From Hemiscyllium ocellatum (Eukaryota), in contig NC_083412.1 of the NCBI RefSeq assembly GCF_020745735.1, positions 35,777,181-35,841,180 on the forward strand: DNA of 64,000 nt. The letters run 5' to 3'. Of the stretch, positions 38,583 to 50,039 are shown piece after piece (position 1 is the stretch's first letter; the number at the start of each line of letters is the position of its first letter). A program made the translations under genes and the position numbers. Under the pieces are notes generated by a model. That model did no database searches and was not told the DNA's origin. It saw nothing but the letters and a program-made list of their open reading frames with translations.

Positions 38583-41420
38583 CAGAGTCATAGAGATGTA
38601 CAGCATGGAAACAGACCCTTCGGTCCAACCCGTCCATGCCGACCAGATATCCCAACCCAATCTAGTCCCACCTGCCAGCACCCGGCCCATATCCCTCCAA
38701 ACCTTTCTTATTCATATACCCATCCAAATGCCTTTTAAATGTTGCAATTGTACTAGCCTCCTCCACTTTCTCTGGCTGCAGATTCCATGCACGTACCACC
38801 CTCTGGGTGACAAAGTTGCCCCTTAGATCTCTTCAGTCTTGCATACCAGTGGAAATGTTCAATAATAAGGCAATGATTTATGAAGCAGAATTGAATTGCT
38901 GAACCAGTATTTTTGTTTAACGCTGCAGTACAGGAATTATTTTATCCATGTAGTACTTCAGGACTAGGTGTGTTCTGGTTATAGAGTCAGATGTACAGCA
39001 CAGAAACCAACCCTTCAATCCAACTTGCCCATGTCAACCAAATATCTTAAAATCTAGTTCCATTTGCCAGTGTTTGACTCATATCCCTGTAAATTCTCTC
39101 CCCATTCATATAGCCATCCAGGTGCCTTTTTTGAATGTTGTAATTATACTAGCCGCTGCTTCTTCCTCTGGCAGCTCATTTCCATACATGCACCACACTC
39201 TGAAAAAGGTTGCCCCTTGGGTTTCTTTTGAAATCTCGCTCTCTCTCCCTAAACCTATGCCCTCCAGTTTTGGACTTTTGTCTATTTACCCAATTCATGC
39301 CCCTTGGATTTTTATAAACCTTTTTATAAGGTCGTCACTCAGCCTCTGACACTCCAGACCCAGCTTATTCAGCATCTCTCGATAATTTAAACACTCAAGC
39401 CCTGGCAACATCCTTGTCAATCTTTTCTGAACCATTTCAAGTTTCACAACACCCTCCTGATAGGAGGGAGACCAGAATTGCACGCGCAAATTCCAAAAGT
39501 AGCCTAACCAGTGTCTTGTATAGCTGCACGTGGCCTCCCAGCTCTTGTACTCAGTGCTCTGACCAACAAAGATAGGATAGTGAAGGCCTTTGATATACTT
39601 ATCTACCTGCAATTTCACTTTCAAACAACTGTGAACCTGCACTCCAAGTTCTCTATTTAGCAGCACTCCCTTAGACCTTATCATTAAGTGTAGAAGTCCT
39701 GCCTTGATTTGCCTTTCCGAAATGCAGCATCTCACATTTATCTAAATTAAACTCCTTCGGCCACTCGTTGGCCCATTTGATCAAGGTCCTTTTGTACTCT
39801 GAGGTAAGCATCTTCACTGTCCACTAAATTTTGGTGTCATCTGCAGACTTGCTTACTGTACCACTTATGTTCATATTCAAATCACTTATATGAAAGCAGT
39901 GGACCCAGCACCAATCCTTGTCGCACACCACTGGTTGCAGGCCTCCAATCTGAAAAGCAACACCCTACCACCTTTGAGTCAGTTCCATATCCAAATGGCT
40001 AGTTCCCTCTGCATTTCATGTGATCTAACCTTGCTCACCAGTCTATCATGAGGAACCTTATTGAATGCCTTACAGAAGTCCATTTTGATCACGTCCACCG
40101 CTCTGTCCTCCTTTAATACTGTTTGTTACTTGTTCAAAAAACTCAATCAAGTTAATGGGTCTTGATTTGCCACACGCACAGCCATGTTCACTATCCCTAA
40201 TCGGTCCTTCCCTTAACAAATGCATGTCCCTCAGGATCTCCTCCAACAACCTGCCCACCACCGATGTCAGGCTCACCGGTCTATAGTTCTCTGGCTCTTC
40301 CTTGCTATCTTTTTAAAATAATGCCTCCATAATAACCAAGCTCCACTCTTCCTGCACCTCACCTGTGGTTATAGATGAGACGAATGCTTTTGTTGGGCTT
40401 AGTGATCACTATCCGAGCTTTCCACCACGTTCTAGACTGCATTCAGATTGGGGATTTATCCACCTTTTTGTGTTTTAAGATGTCCAATGTTGCCACCTTT
40501 TATAACATGGATATTTTTCAAGATGTTGTTTATTTCCCACATTGTGTCTTCTATATCCTTCTCCACAGTAAACACTGATGCAAAATACTCATTTAGTGTA
40601 TCTCCCGTTTCCTGTGGTTCCACACCTAGGCAGCCTTGTTGATCTTTGAGGTTCCCTATTTACCTCCTAGTTACCCTTTTATCCTTAATGCATTTATAAA
40701 ATCCCTTTGGATTCTCCTTAACTCTATTTGCCAAAGCTGTCTCATGTCCCCTTATTGCTCTCCTAGTTTCCCTCAAGTATACTCCTATTGCCTTTATATT
40801 CTTCTAAGGATTGATTCTCTTTGCTGTCTATACCTGATGTATGCTTCCTCCTCCAAGATATGAGGACAGAGTGGAGCTGGAAAAACCACAGCAGGTCAAG
40901 CAACATCAGAGAAGAGGAGGACCCTGATGAAAGGTTCTGAACCGATGTCAACTCCCCCTTTCCTCTGCTGCTTGACCTGCTGTACTTTTTTCCATGCTTC
41001 CTTTTTCTTGATCAAAACCCTTAATTTCTCTAGTTATCCTGCATTCCCTACACCTCCCAGTCCTGCCCTTTATTTGAACAGGATCCTAGTCTCTACTCTT
41101 GTTTTCTTGCTTTTTTCTGAAAGCTTCACATTTTCCAGCCGTCCCTTTTACGTACGAACATCAACCCCTTGTCACTTCGTGAAAGTCTTCCTAATATTGT
41201 TAAAATTGGTTATCTTCCAATTTACAACTTCAACTTTTTAGATCTGATCTATCCTTTTCTATGACTATTTCAAAGTTAATAGAATTCTGGTCATTGGACC
41301 CAAAGTGCTCCCCACTGACAGCACAAGTCACCTGCCCTGCATTATTTCCCAAGAGCAGGTAAAGTTCTGTACCTTTTTTCTATGGGAACACCCACGTGCT
41401 GAATCAGAACTTTATTGTGC
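38583..41420 (-). mobile_element. CR1 LINE fragments in SOD1 intron 4 (3' tail 38583-38830; longer RT fragment ~38980-41420)
   Basis: SLTSVVGRLLEEILRD...HGCACGKSRPINLIEFFEQVT; KLEMVQKRLTRMLPGL. Confidence 0.85.
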
Positions 41421-42067
41421 ATACTGAACAAATTAAGAGGTCCACATAATCAATGTAAAAATTGCTCCTTGTGTGTGCAGAGATTGTACATGTCATTGTT
41501 GTACTTTATTTACAGCTTTAGTCTCTTCAAAAATGCAACTTTGCCTGAACTAAAACTTACTGGCAGAGAATCATCTCGCCCTCACTGTCAACTGACTTTG
41601 ATATCAAGATAACTGAACTTCCAATATTTGAGGTGCATAATTGCTAGTTTATCAACAGTACCACTTCATAAGATGCCAGTTAAAACAAGTTTGTTGTATT
41701 TCAATTTTAGTTCAACCTTTTTTCAAGATAACCTTGGAGGCAATATGTTGAACAGGATATCTTCAAATGAGCAAAACGTGTTCGGCATAACTGAGGCAAA
41801 ATTTGATTTTTTTTTCTTGCATTGCCACAAGTAAATCTTGCATCGGTAGAATGGAATAAACTATTGACACTTGATATTCTGTTAAAGATTATCGTTCGTG
41901 TTTCTTCAAAATTAATTCTGAATTTAAGGCTAAAAGATACTTGATACTAGATTAAAAATGGCAAAAGGTGTGGCTTAAGCACAGACTTTTGAATGCTAAT
42001 TTGTGCGTTTGCTTGTACTTGGAGTGAAGAAGTAACTGACTCTTGATTCACCATAATCACCCTGATG

Positions 42068-42235
42068 GGGAGAAGTAAGGACTGCAGATGCTGGAGATCA
42101 GTTGAGATTGTGTGCTGGAAAAGCACAGCAGGTCAGGCAGCACCCGAGGAGCAGGAGAATTGATGTTTCGAGCATAAGCCTTTCTTCATCCTGATGATTA
42201 TGCTCAACATCTATAACCCTGCTCCTCGGACGTTG
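42068..42235. mobile_element. family A fold-back insert ending ~60 nt upstream of SOD1 exon 5
   Basis: ggactgcagatgctggaga...aagcacagcaggtcaggcagcacccgaggagcagg...cttcatcctgatga...cctgctcctcgga. Confidence 0.7.
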
Positions 42236-42293
42236 ATAGGGTCACAAGTTGTCATTTGAGATATGCTGATTTTTGACTTTTTTTGTTTTGAAG

Positions 42294-42413
42294 GTTCATG
42301 AGAAGGAAGATGATTTGGGAAAAGGTGGCGATGAGGAGAGTACCCGAACAGGAAATGCCGGAAGTCGTTTAGCCTGTGGTGTGATTGGAATTGCTAAGAT
42401 TGAAACAAACTAG
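42294..42413 (+). CDS. SOD1: Cu/Zn superoxide dismutase exon 5 (coding part)
   Basis: ttttgaag acceptor; [39 protein letters not shown] then TAG. Confidence 0.95.
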   Translation, partial: VHEKEDDLGKGGDEESTRTGNAGSRLACGVIGIAKIETN

Positions 42414-42769
42414 TCTACGGAGGTGGTGGCGGGGGGGGGCAAGAATTGAAAGTGATTTTTTTTTTCTGTAGGTCAGCATACCTAGCTGTTGATGACTATT
42501 GGTCCAAAATAGTCTAATGTACAACAACTTTGTTCAGTGTACTTGATATCTACAGAAAAGAAACTGGCAACTTTGATCCAGCTGACCATTTGGCCTGCAG
42601 AGTTGTGCTTTAATTTCCTTGAGACTTGTTTAATCCTAAATACAGATGTCTAGTTGATTCTTGGTTTGTTGGCCCTGTATACTTCCAACCATTGGAATTT
42701 GTTTATCTAGAAGAACATGAGCTAACTGAATAGTTGAAAGTACTGAATAATGTAATGTCAAACAAATAT

Positions 42770-42775
42770 AATAAA
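42770..42775 (+). terminator. SOD1: candidate SOD1 polyadenylation signal
   Basis: AATAAA ~360 nt after the stop, followed by U-rich sequence. Confidence 0.5.
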
Positions 42776-43909
42776 GGCAACATTCTTTTCTTTCATTATC
42801 CAAGTGTCTTAATGGTAAGCGCTGAACAGTTTCAAAATTTGAAATGTTAACATCTTTATTGTCAAAATTGAACAATAAGTTCTTGCAGTACTGTTCAAAT
42901 TACAAATTAAGGACAGTGGAGTGAAACTGGGGTGTTTGTCTAATGCTGACCTTTTTTAAACTATGTTCCATATGTTCTTTAAAACTTGCCAAGTTTTGAT
43001 ATATTGTTCTAGTAGTACTGTGGTCCAAAAATTGGGTTTTCCCAAATAATGTGCTGTCAAACCTTGGGATCTTGAGCTCCAAGGTAGCTGTGTGGCCCTT
43101 GTAAAATGTTTTTATTTTAGTGTGTAGTAGCGTAACTGGCTGAATCTTGACCTGAAAATCACTTTGAAAAGTTAGATTTTATTTTTATTTCATCTCTGGA
43201 GTAAACAGTTCTTCCTCCCTCCCTTCCTCTGTTCCTTCAATTCCCTAAGTCCCTCTTGATATTCCTTTTATGTACCTTTTCTTGATTTTTGCCCTCTGTC
43301 TTAATATCTTACACCATCATAGAATCTCTACAGTACAGAAAGAGGCCATTAAGTCTGCACTAACTCTCCAAAGAGCATCCCACTTAGAGTCAGCCTACGA
43401 ACCCTCACCCTGTAACCTCACATTTACCATGGCTGACCCACCTAACCTGCACATCCCTTGGATGCTATGGTTAATTTGATTTGGCACGTGGCCATTTCAC
43501 CTAACCTTCACCTAATGTCAAATTTCATCAGATTCTTGTGAAGCGCCTTGATCCTTTTGTTGAAGGTGGTATGTAAATGGAAGTTGTGAATAAGAATGAT
43601 GTTTGTGATCAGATTTCCAAGAAATTTGAATACCTTGTTGTCATAGATCTAAACTTCAGTGCAGGGATACTCAAACATTAAGCTTTTAATTAAGCAATCA
43701 GTCATTTGCTCGCTGTATGCAAAGCCACAACATTGAGTTGAACTTCTCTTCAGAACTGAAAGATGGCCAGGTGCATTTGCTTTGTTCATAAATTAAAAGT
43801 TCACAGCTTTCCTAAAGAATACTAAGATTCAAGCTTGATCCAACATGACTGCCTTGTCTAACAGTAATAGCTTTGAAAGTTGCTACCTTTTTAAGAGTTA
43901 GAATGTTCA

Positions 43910-46900
43910 GGTCATGCTGGGTCCACAGCAGGCAGTAAGACCATGAGAAGTAGGAACCAGAGGAATCTGTTTCGCCCCTTATGCCAGCTCTGCTGTTAAA
44001 TAGGATCATGGCTGATCAGACAGTCCTCACGTCCACTTTCCTGTGCTTTCCTCAATCTTTATTTTTACAACTGATTTTGACTTTAAGAACCTATCCATTT
44101 TAGCTTTAAATGTACTTCAAGGACTCTGCCCCCACAGCTCTCTGTGGCAGAAGTTCCAAACGCATTTAAACTCAGGAAATTCCTCCTCATTCTAGTCTTA
44201 AATTGTCATCCCTTTATTCTGAGACTGCCCTCTGGTCCTCTACTGCCATGAGGGAAATTAACCTGTCTGCATTTTCTAAAGTAAGTACTAAAAACCACAA
44301 AATAGCACTTTAGTTTATAATATTGCCCATACTAGCGAATTGTCAAGAGTTTCTAAGGGATATGTACCCAGAGTAGTCATAGATTGGTACTTGGTTCTCT
44401 ATAGAGATCTTCAATAAATTTGTACTTTTTCTACTGTATTACACAAAATTAGGGCTTGGTATTGAGGATAATTTGTTAGTATGGATTTCTACTTTTCAGG
44501 TGAACAATAAAGCCAAGTTCGTGAATCTTGATGTCAAGTGATGTACAGGATTGGATAAGGAAAAAAGAAGCTTGTGGCAGGTAAAGGACTCAGATCAGAA
44601 ACCAGAGTGTAGGTAGTGCTGGGAATTTCATGGAAATTAGGAATCACAAAGACACATTTGAGAGCGTTGGGTAAAATAAGGGAATATTTAAGGGTTCAAG
44701 AACAGGGAAGCTGTTGAGTTAATTTTAGGAGCCAATATGAAAGGAGCTGGAAGACAGGTGAGGTTTTCACGGAGTACTTTTGCATATGCAGTACAAATGT
44801 CAAAGGGTGACGTAGGTGTAGAAATTAGGAATGTGATTATTTGGCATTGAGATGGAGGAGCTATTAACAGTTTTAGCAGACAGCATTGGATAAATCCCCA
44901 GGTGTAACCCAGACTTTTGGAGCTGAGGGAGGAGATTGCCAAGATATGACTTTCATTTTCAAGTCTCAGGCCATCTGAGAGGTGCTAGAGAACTGAAAGG
45001 CAGCTCATGACATTCTTCAAGGGGTGTGGTCAGGACAAACCAGGAAACTGCGGTCAGGTGTAACTGGGAGGGAAATGTTTTTGGAAGAAATTGATTAACA
45101 ATTAATTTCTAACAATTTAAATGAAGAATCAGCCTGGCTTTGGGGAGATTGACAGTGTTAATTTTTAAGGAATTGACTAGACTTGATTTGAGTTGTGCTG
45201 TCTGTATGGACGTCAGCAGTTAAGCTTTTGACATGGTGTCACTACTCATCAAGAACGTAAAAGCCCATGGGATCCAGGGTAATTTGACAAATTGGATCTG
45301 AATTTGACTTTGTGGCAGAAAGGAGAGGGTTGTTCTGGTGACAGGAAGCATGTCTAGTGTGTACTGTCACTAGATGATTTGTACAGTAACTGCAGATGGC
45401 TTGAAAATTGATATGGTAAATAATGGAGGAAAGTCTCTGGGCCATATAGACAAGCTGGTGAGATGGGCAGGACAACTAAATTTAATTTAATGCTCAGTGT
45501 GAGGAGATGGATTTTGGAATGATAAAACAACAAAATGGTGAACAGTAAGACCTTAAAGTACAGGGATGTTGGTGCCCATTGATCCTTGAAGGCTTTAGAA
45601 AAGGTGGTTAAGGTATGTGGGATGCTTTGTCCCTTATTTTTCAGGTTTTATTTAGTTAATGCATCACAAAATGTGAAGCCTGACACTACTATTTTTTTTA
45701 GTTTAATCATCTGTTTGAATGCTGCCTTTTGAGTAGATGTAACTGTAGCCAACTGTGTTGCAGTTTTGGCAGCTGTTTGCTTGTTCATGTTGAATCTTGT
45801 GCACCTCCAGTTTCAGGTTCCTCTTGGCCAGAATCTCAGCAAGAGGGCCACTCGTAATAGTTTGCTGAAACTTCACTGCATGACAGGAGTGCCTTTTCTG
45901 AATATCTTCAAACTGCCCCTTGTGCATTCACCCATACAAGAAGAGAATAACAGTTGATCTGCTGAGGGTTCCAGTTGGAGTGGAATGCTGATTTGCACTG
46001 AGTTCAGAAAGGCATTGAATAGAAGAGCTGGGAGTTTGATCGAGCCATACAAACATTTGTCAGTCATAGGTACTGTGTGCAGCAACTAGAACTGCACAAT
46101 TGGAAGGATGCTTGCACTACGCAATGTGAGGAAGTTTTTTGTTTTGTTTTAATTTGTTTATGGGATTCACAAAGATATTGTCTGGACTGGAGTCCTTCAG
46201 TAACAGAAGGAGACTAGTTAGCTGGGTTGTTCTCCACAGCAAAGAGGGGAGGATCTCCCTTAGCTACGTCCCTCAATTTGTACATCTAAGAAAGTACAAA
46301 AACAGCAATTACTGGCAACATTCAACAGGGAGAAAGTAACATTGATATATTTCAAGTCTGGTAACTTCATCAGAGCAACTCTAATGAAAGGTCACTGGAC
46401 TCTTGATTTAACTCTGCTTTGTCCCCACAGATGTTGCCAGATCTGATTTTTGTCAGCAATTTGTTTTTGTTTCAGCTCTTCTGAATCTGTTGTTTTTATC
46501 AATAATAAAACAAAGAAAGGAAGGGGCTCTGGTTAAGGATGTGAGAAGTGGAAACCTTGCCTCCTGAGTATTGAGACAAACACTAAGAATGCCATACTTA
46601 CAAGACTGTGTGCCAAGTGCTGACAAAGGAATTAGATGCTTGATAAACAAAATGAACATGATTGGCCAAAATATCTCTTCCTGTGTTGTAAATTGACTTG
46701 AGTTAGCAGGGCAGTTTTTTTTCCACACTGTTTAGCTTGAGGTTTTGGTTTGGTCACTAGCTATTTTAGTGAAAGATAAATGTATACCATTTTGAATTTG
46801 ATACTTTCACACCAAACACTTTAACATGACTAGAGGGCTTTAAAGAGGTGGATGTGAGCAGGAAACCTGGCAGTTTGGGTATGATGTGAAATGAGTCTGC

Positions 46901-47450
46901 TGTGATAGTAAACTTGAAATGAATTGTTTTTTGGTGAGGAAATTGAGGGATGGAGGGGTTGGGGAAACAGCACTCTGGTGGAATCAAAGTTAACATGCGG
47001 GTATGATAAACATGGAAGACAAAAGGTTTTTGACTGACTTTATTACAAGGAGATTGGAGTAAATGATCTATTTTATACACATGATCAGTACAGTAATACC
47101 TGGGTAAAACATGCAGTTTATTGTCTTTAAAGGATTTTCAATAACTTGTGTTCCTCTGGGTGTGATAGGGTGAGGGAATTATTCAAGAAGAATAGGCCTA
47201 TACTCTGCTTTAGAAGAAATTATAAAGAATCTAGTTGAAACCTAATTCATGAACTTGGAAGGATAGATTAAGGGGAAAGTTTCTTCCTAGGTAATCTAGA
47301 ATGTTGGATGACCAACTCCAGTAAAAGTTTAGGAGTGATGAGAAATTTGCTCAAGTCTTCAGAGTTTTCTGTTCTATAAATTCTGGGTGTTCCAACAGTA
47401 AGTATATCTAAGGCAGAAGTTGATAAACTTTTGTTTGGATACCATGTGGC
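43910..47450. mobile_element. patchwork of very old CR1-like remnants
   Basis: Scattered degenerate CR1 motifs (e.g. gcttttgacatggtg, catgggatccagggtaat, ggactggagtccttcagt); boundaries vague. Confidence 0.45.
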
Positions 47451-47979
47451 TTGCAGTTTTCATTTTGGTGTTTAGGTGCAGCTTTGATGACTGTTGTGGT
47501 TTTAATCTTTTGAAAACTGGTCTTAATGCTTTATCTATTTCATAATCTCATTCAATACTATCACTTAGTTATTCATTACCAATTTACACTGAGTTATCTT
47601 AATATGGACGCTGATCCTGAAAAATTGCCCTTACAGGAACAAGGCTGTGATCCAACTAGGAGTAAATTACTGCAGATGCTGTGATCTGTACTGAAAACAA
47701 ACAAACAAATGCCAAAGATCACAGTGAAAGCAAGTTTAACCTTTTGAGTCTGGATGGCATTAATTATTCTTCAATGAGTCCACAAAGGCCTGTTGAGGGT
47801 AAATTGCTCTCGTACTTAATGTCTAGTCTTCTGTGATCACGGTTGAAAAATCCGGAAGAAACGAGAAGAGGTTATATCCAATGAAGAATAAGCTCAGCGA
47901 GTGAGATGGGGAGGGTGTGTATTAAAGTAGGGCAAATGTCCAGTCTATCTTCCCAGCCTTGCTCTGCTGCTGGAGTGGG

Positions 47980-48061
47980 GACACAGAGCGCTCTGCGCAT
48001 GTGTGAAGTCAGCTGTCTTCAGTGGTTTCTCTCAGGTGGAGGAGTGGGTGGGTGGGGAGAC
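47980..48061 (+). promoter_or_regulatory. putative promoter / 5' UTR of the SOD1-like paralog
   Basis: NRF1-like gcgctctgcgcatgtgt ~47988-48004, GT-box-like gggtgggtgggg, local CpG enrichment 47980-48400 in a CpG-poor background. Confidence 0.4.
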
Positions 48062-48130
48062 ATGGCCAATGCCATTTGTATCCTCACAGGTCACTTCAAT
48101 ACCTTCGGAGTGGTCTTCTTCAAGACGGAT
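48062..48130 (+). CDS. divergent Cu/Zn SOD (SOD1-like paralog) exon 1; remaining exons not found in the window
   Basis: gacATGG Kozak; MANAICILTGHFNTFGVVFFKTD aligns without gaps to SOD1 exon 1 (8 of last 20 aa identical); ends in a phase-0 GTGAGT donor at the homologous codon. Confidence 0.7.
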
Positions 48131-49167
48131 GTGAGTAGTGGGCACGGTTATGAACTGGGCTGGCGCTGTGTTGTGTCACAGAGCGCTTGTGGCCCCACTT
48201 GGTGCGGGTTTATACCGTAGAGCGACCCAGGCCACAATATGGGCGACCCATCTTCCCCCAGTCGGAAAGATATTCTGGCCTTGAAACAGGCGTCCTCCTG
48301 TCTATTGCTGTGCGCTCGATTTAATTTCGGGCATCGTCGGGTATGATGTAATACTTTCTCTAATGTGACGGAGGAGAAGTTTTTGTTTAAATCCTAGCTT
48401 ATGAAAATTATATTTGGGCGTTTTAGTTATCCCCCACCACCAACATTTTCTGGACTTTTGAAGCTCTCTGCGAGTGCCTGACAAAAGTTTTCACGTACAG
48501 ATATGGCAGTGCTGAAGCCAGTTATCTGAATATTAACAATGCTAAAAGTAAAAGAGCATTTAACCATGAAAGAGCAGCAGGAAAGTACAGCTGTACTGTC
48601 CATGGTTGAAATATGAAATTAAAAAATCTAACCAAAAAAATCACGTTTCTCCATAGATGCTGCTTGGCTTGCTGAGTAATTATATTCTTTACTGTTTTAC
48701 TCTAACCAAAGAGTACTCTATGTAATTTTCAGTGTGGTCATTTTCATTTGCAAGGTCCCTTCCCCTTTTTTAAAAGGCAATAGCTACCTGTATTGCAATA
48801 AGTAAAATGCTTGAAGGTTCCAAAACCATTTTGGCAGGTATGTGACTGAAGGTAAGTGGGTGAGGGCAGTTTCATCTGGCATCTGTGTGCTGATTGTATG
48901 CCCAGAAAGACTGGGTCAGTCCGCTGGGAGGAAGGGAGCTGTTTTCCCAGAATTTCAAAGGATCATGGTTCATCTAAATAGCAGTTTCTTCCTGTTATCT
49001 ATGTAGAAATACATCATATCTTTATTTCAATGATTGAATTAACACAAGGCTCAATGTCTTATTCTCCACTAATTATTTCTGATGATATGGTCACTTAGAA
49101 AAATTTGATCCCATCTCATCATTTTATAGTAAAATGGCCCATGTACTAACACTGTCAGCATCAACAG

Positions 49168-49255
49168 TTGAGAGTGTGGTGCTAGAAAAACACAGGTCAG
49201 GCAGCATCGGAGGAGCAGGAGAATCTATGTTTCGGGCATAAGCCCTTCATCATTC
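49168..49255. mobile_element. family A short insert with 16-bp TSD
   Basis: ctgtcagc(a/g)tcaacag at 49152-49167 and 49256-49271; minus-strand tgatgaagggcttatgcccgaaac. Confidence 0.75.
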
Positions 49256-50039
49256 CTGTCAGCGTCAACAGCCAGTTTGAATGATTCTTAACAGTCAGAG
49301 CTGGTAAAACTGGTATGATTATCAGCACAACATTCACATTGTCAAAGGCACTGTGACATTATTCTCACTCTCACTTAAATGTTCTGCCTTTCTTTCATAA
49401 ATCTTGTAAAGGAACCTGATACTGCTGAAGTTTGGGGCAAACTTGGATTAAAATCCACTCATGTCAACATAATTGCAAAATGTCGTTTTGTATCGGGAAT
49501 GGCGCAATTCAAAATGGCCCTTCCAGTTCACAGGTCTAGGTGTAACTTGGCCTGGTTCTATATTGTAGCCCAAATAAGTGACTTTTGCTTTGACAAATTA
49601 ATTCTTAGCCACTTCTTTCACCAAATTGGCTCTTTGTAGCCATCAAACAGTTCAATCAAATGGTGTAAATGTTCTCTCTAGGATTTGCTGAAAACAACCA
49701 AGTCATGGATGTAAACATGACTTTATATAATTCCTTAATGCCTTCACTGGAACATTATTCATGCATTTTTCATTCTAAACATCAAGACTTTGCATTGATA
49801 AAATTCATCTGCTGTTATAAAAGCTAATAATTTTTTGGCTGTATCAATGGAACTTGCACAGTCTTCAGCTAGAAGGGGCAAGTGGATGATTAAATGGTCT
49901 TTGACATCACAAACGTCTTCAGACATTTTTGTTAACTTCATATGATATCGAAGAACAGATTGAAGCATTGGCTACAGAAAGGCTGTAGAGCACAAAATTT
50001 TAGTAATATTGCCAGAATGTTGTAAGGGTCCATAACCTT

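Larger units (their letters stand above)
19567..42413 (+). other. SOD1: SOD1 gene span (5 coding exons, 477-nt CDS, 158 aa Cu/Zn superoxide dismutase)
   Basis: Exons join in frame (75+94+70+118+120 nt) through GT-AG introns at the conserved vertebrate SOD1 positions. Ligands HVH, PHYNP, VHGG, RHVGD and VHE are present, as are disulfide Cys (GCIS, LACG) and catalytic Arg (GSRLAC). Confidence 0.97.

Noticed and set aside
47906-48220. 104-aa ORF containing the SOD1-like peptide
   Set aside because: Similarity is confined to 48062-48130, between a Kozak ATG and a splice donor. The flanks look like UTR and intron, though an N-terminal extension from the upstream ATG is not formally excluded.
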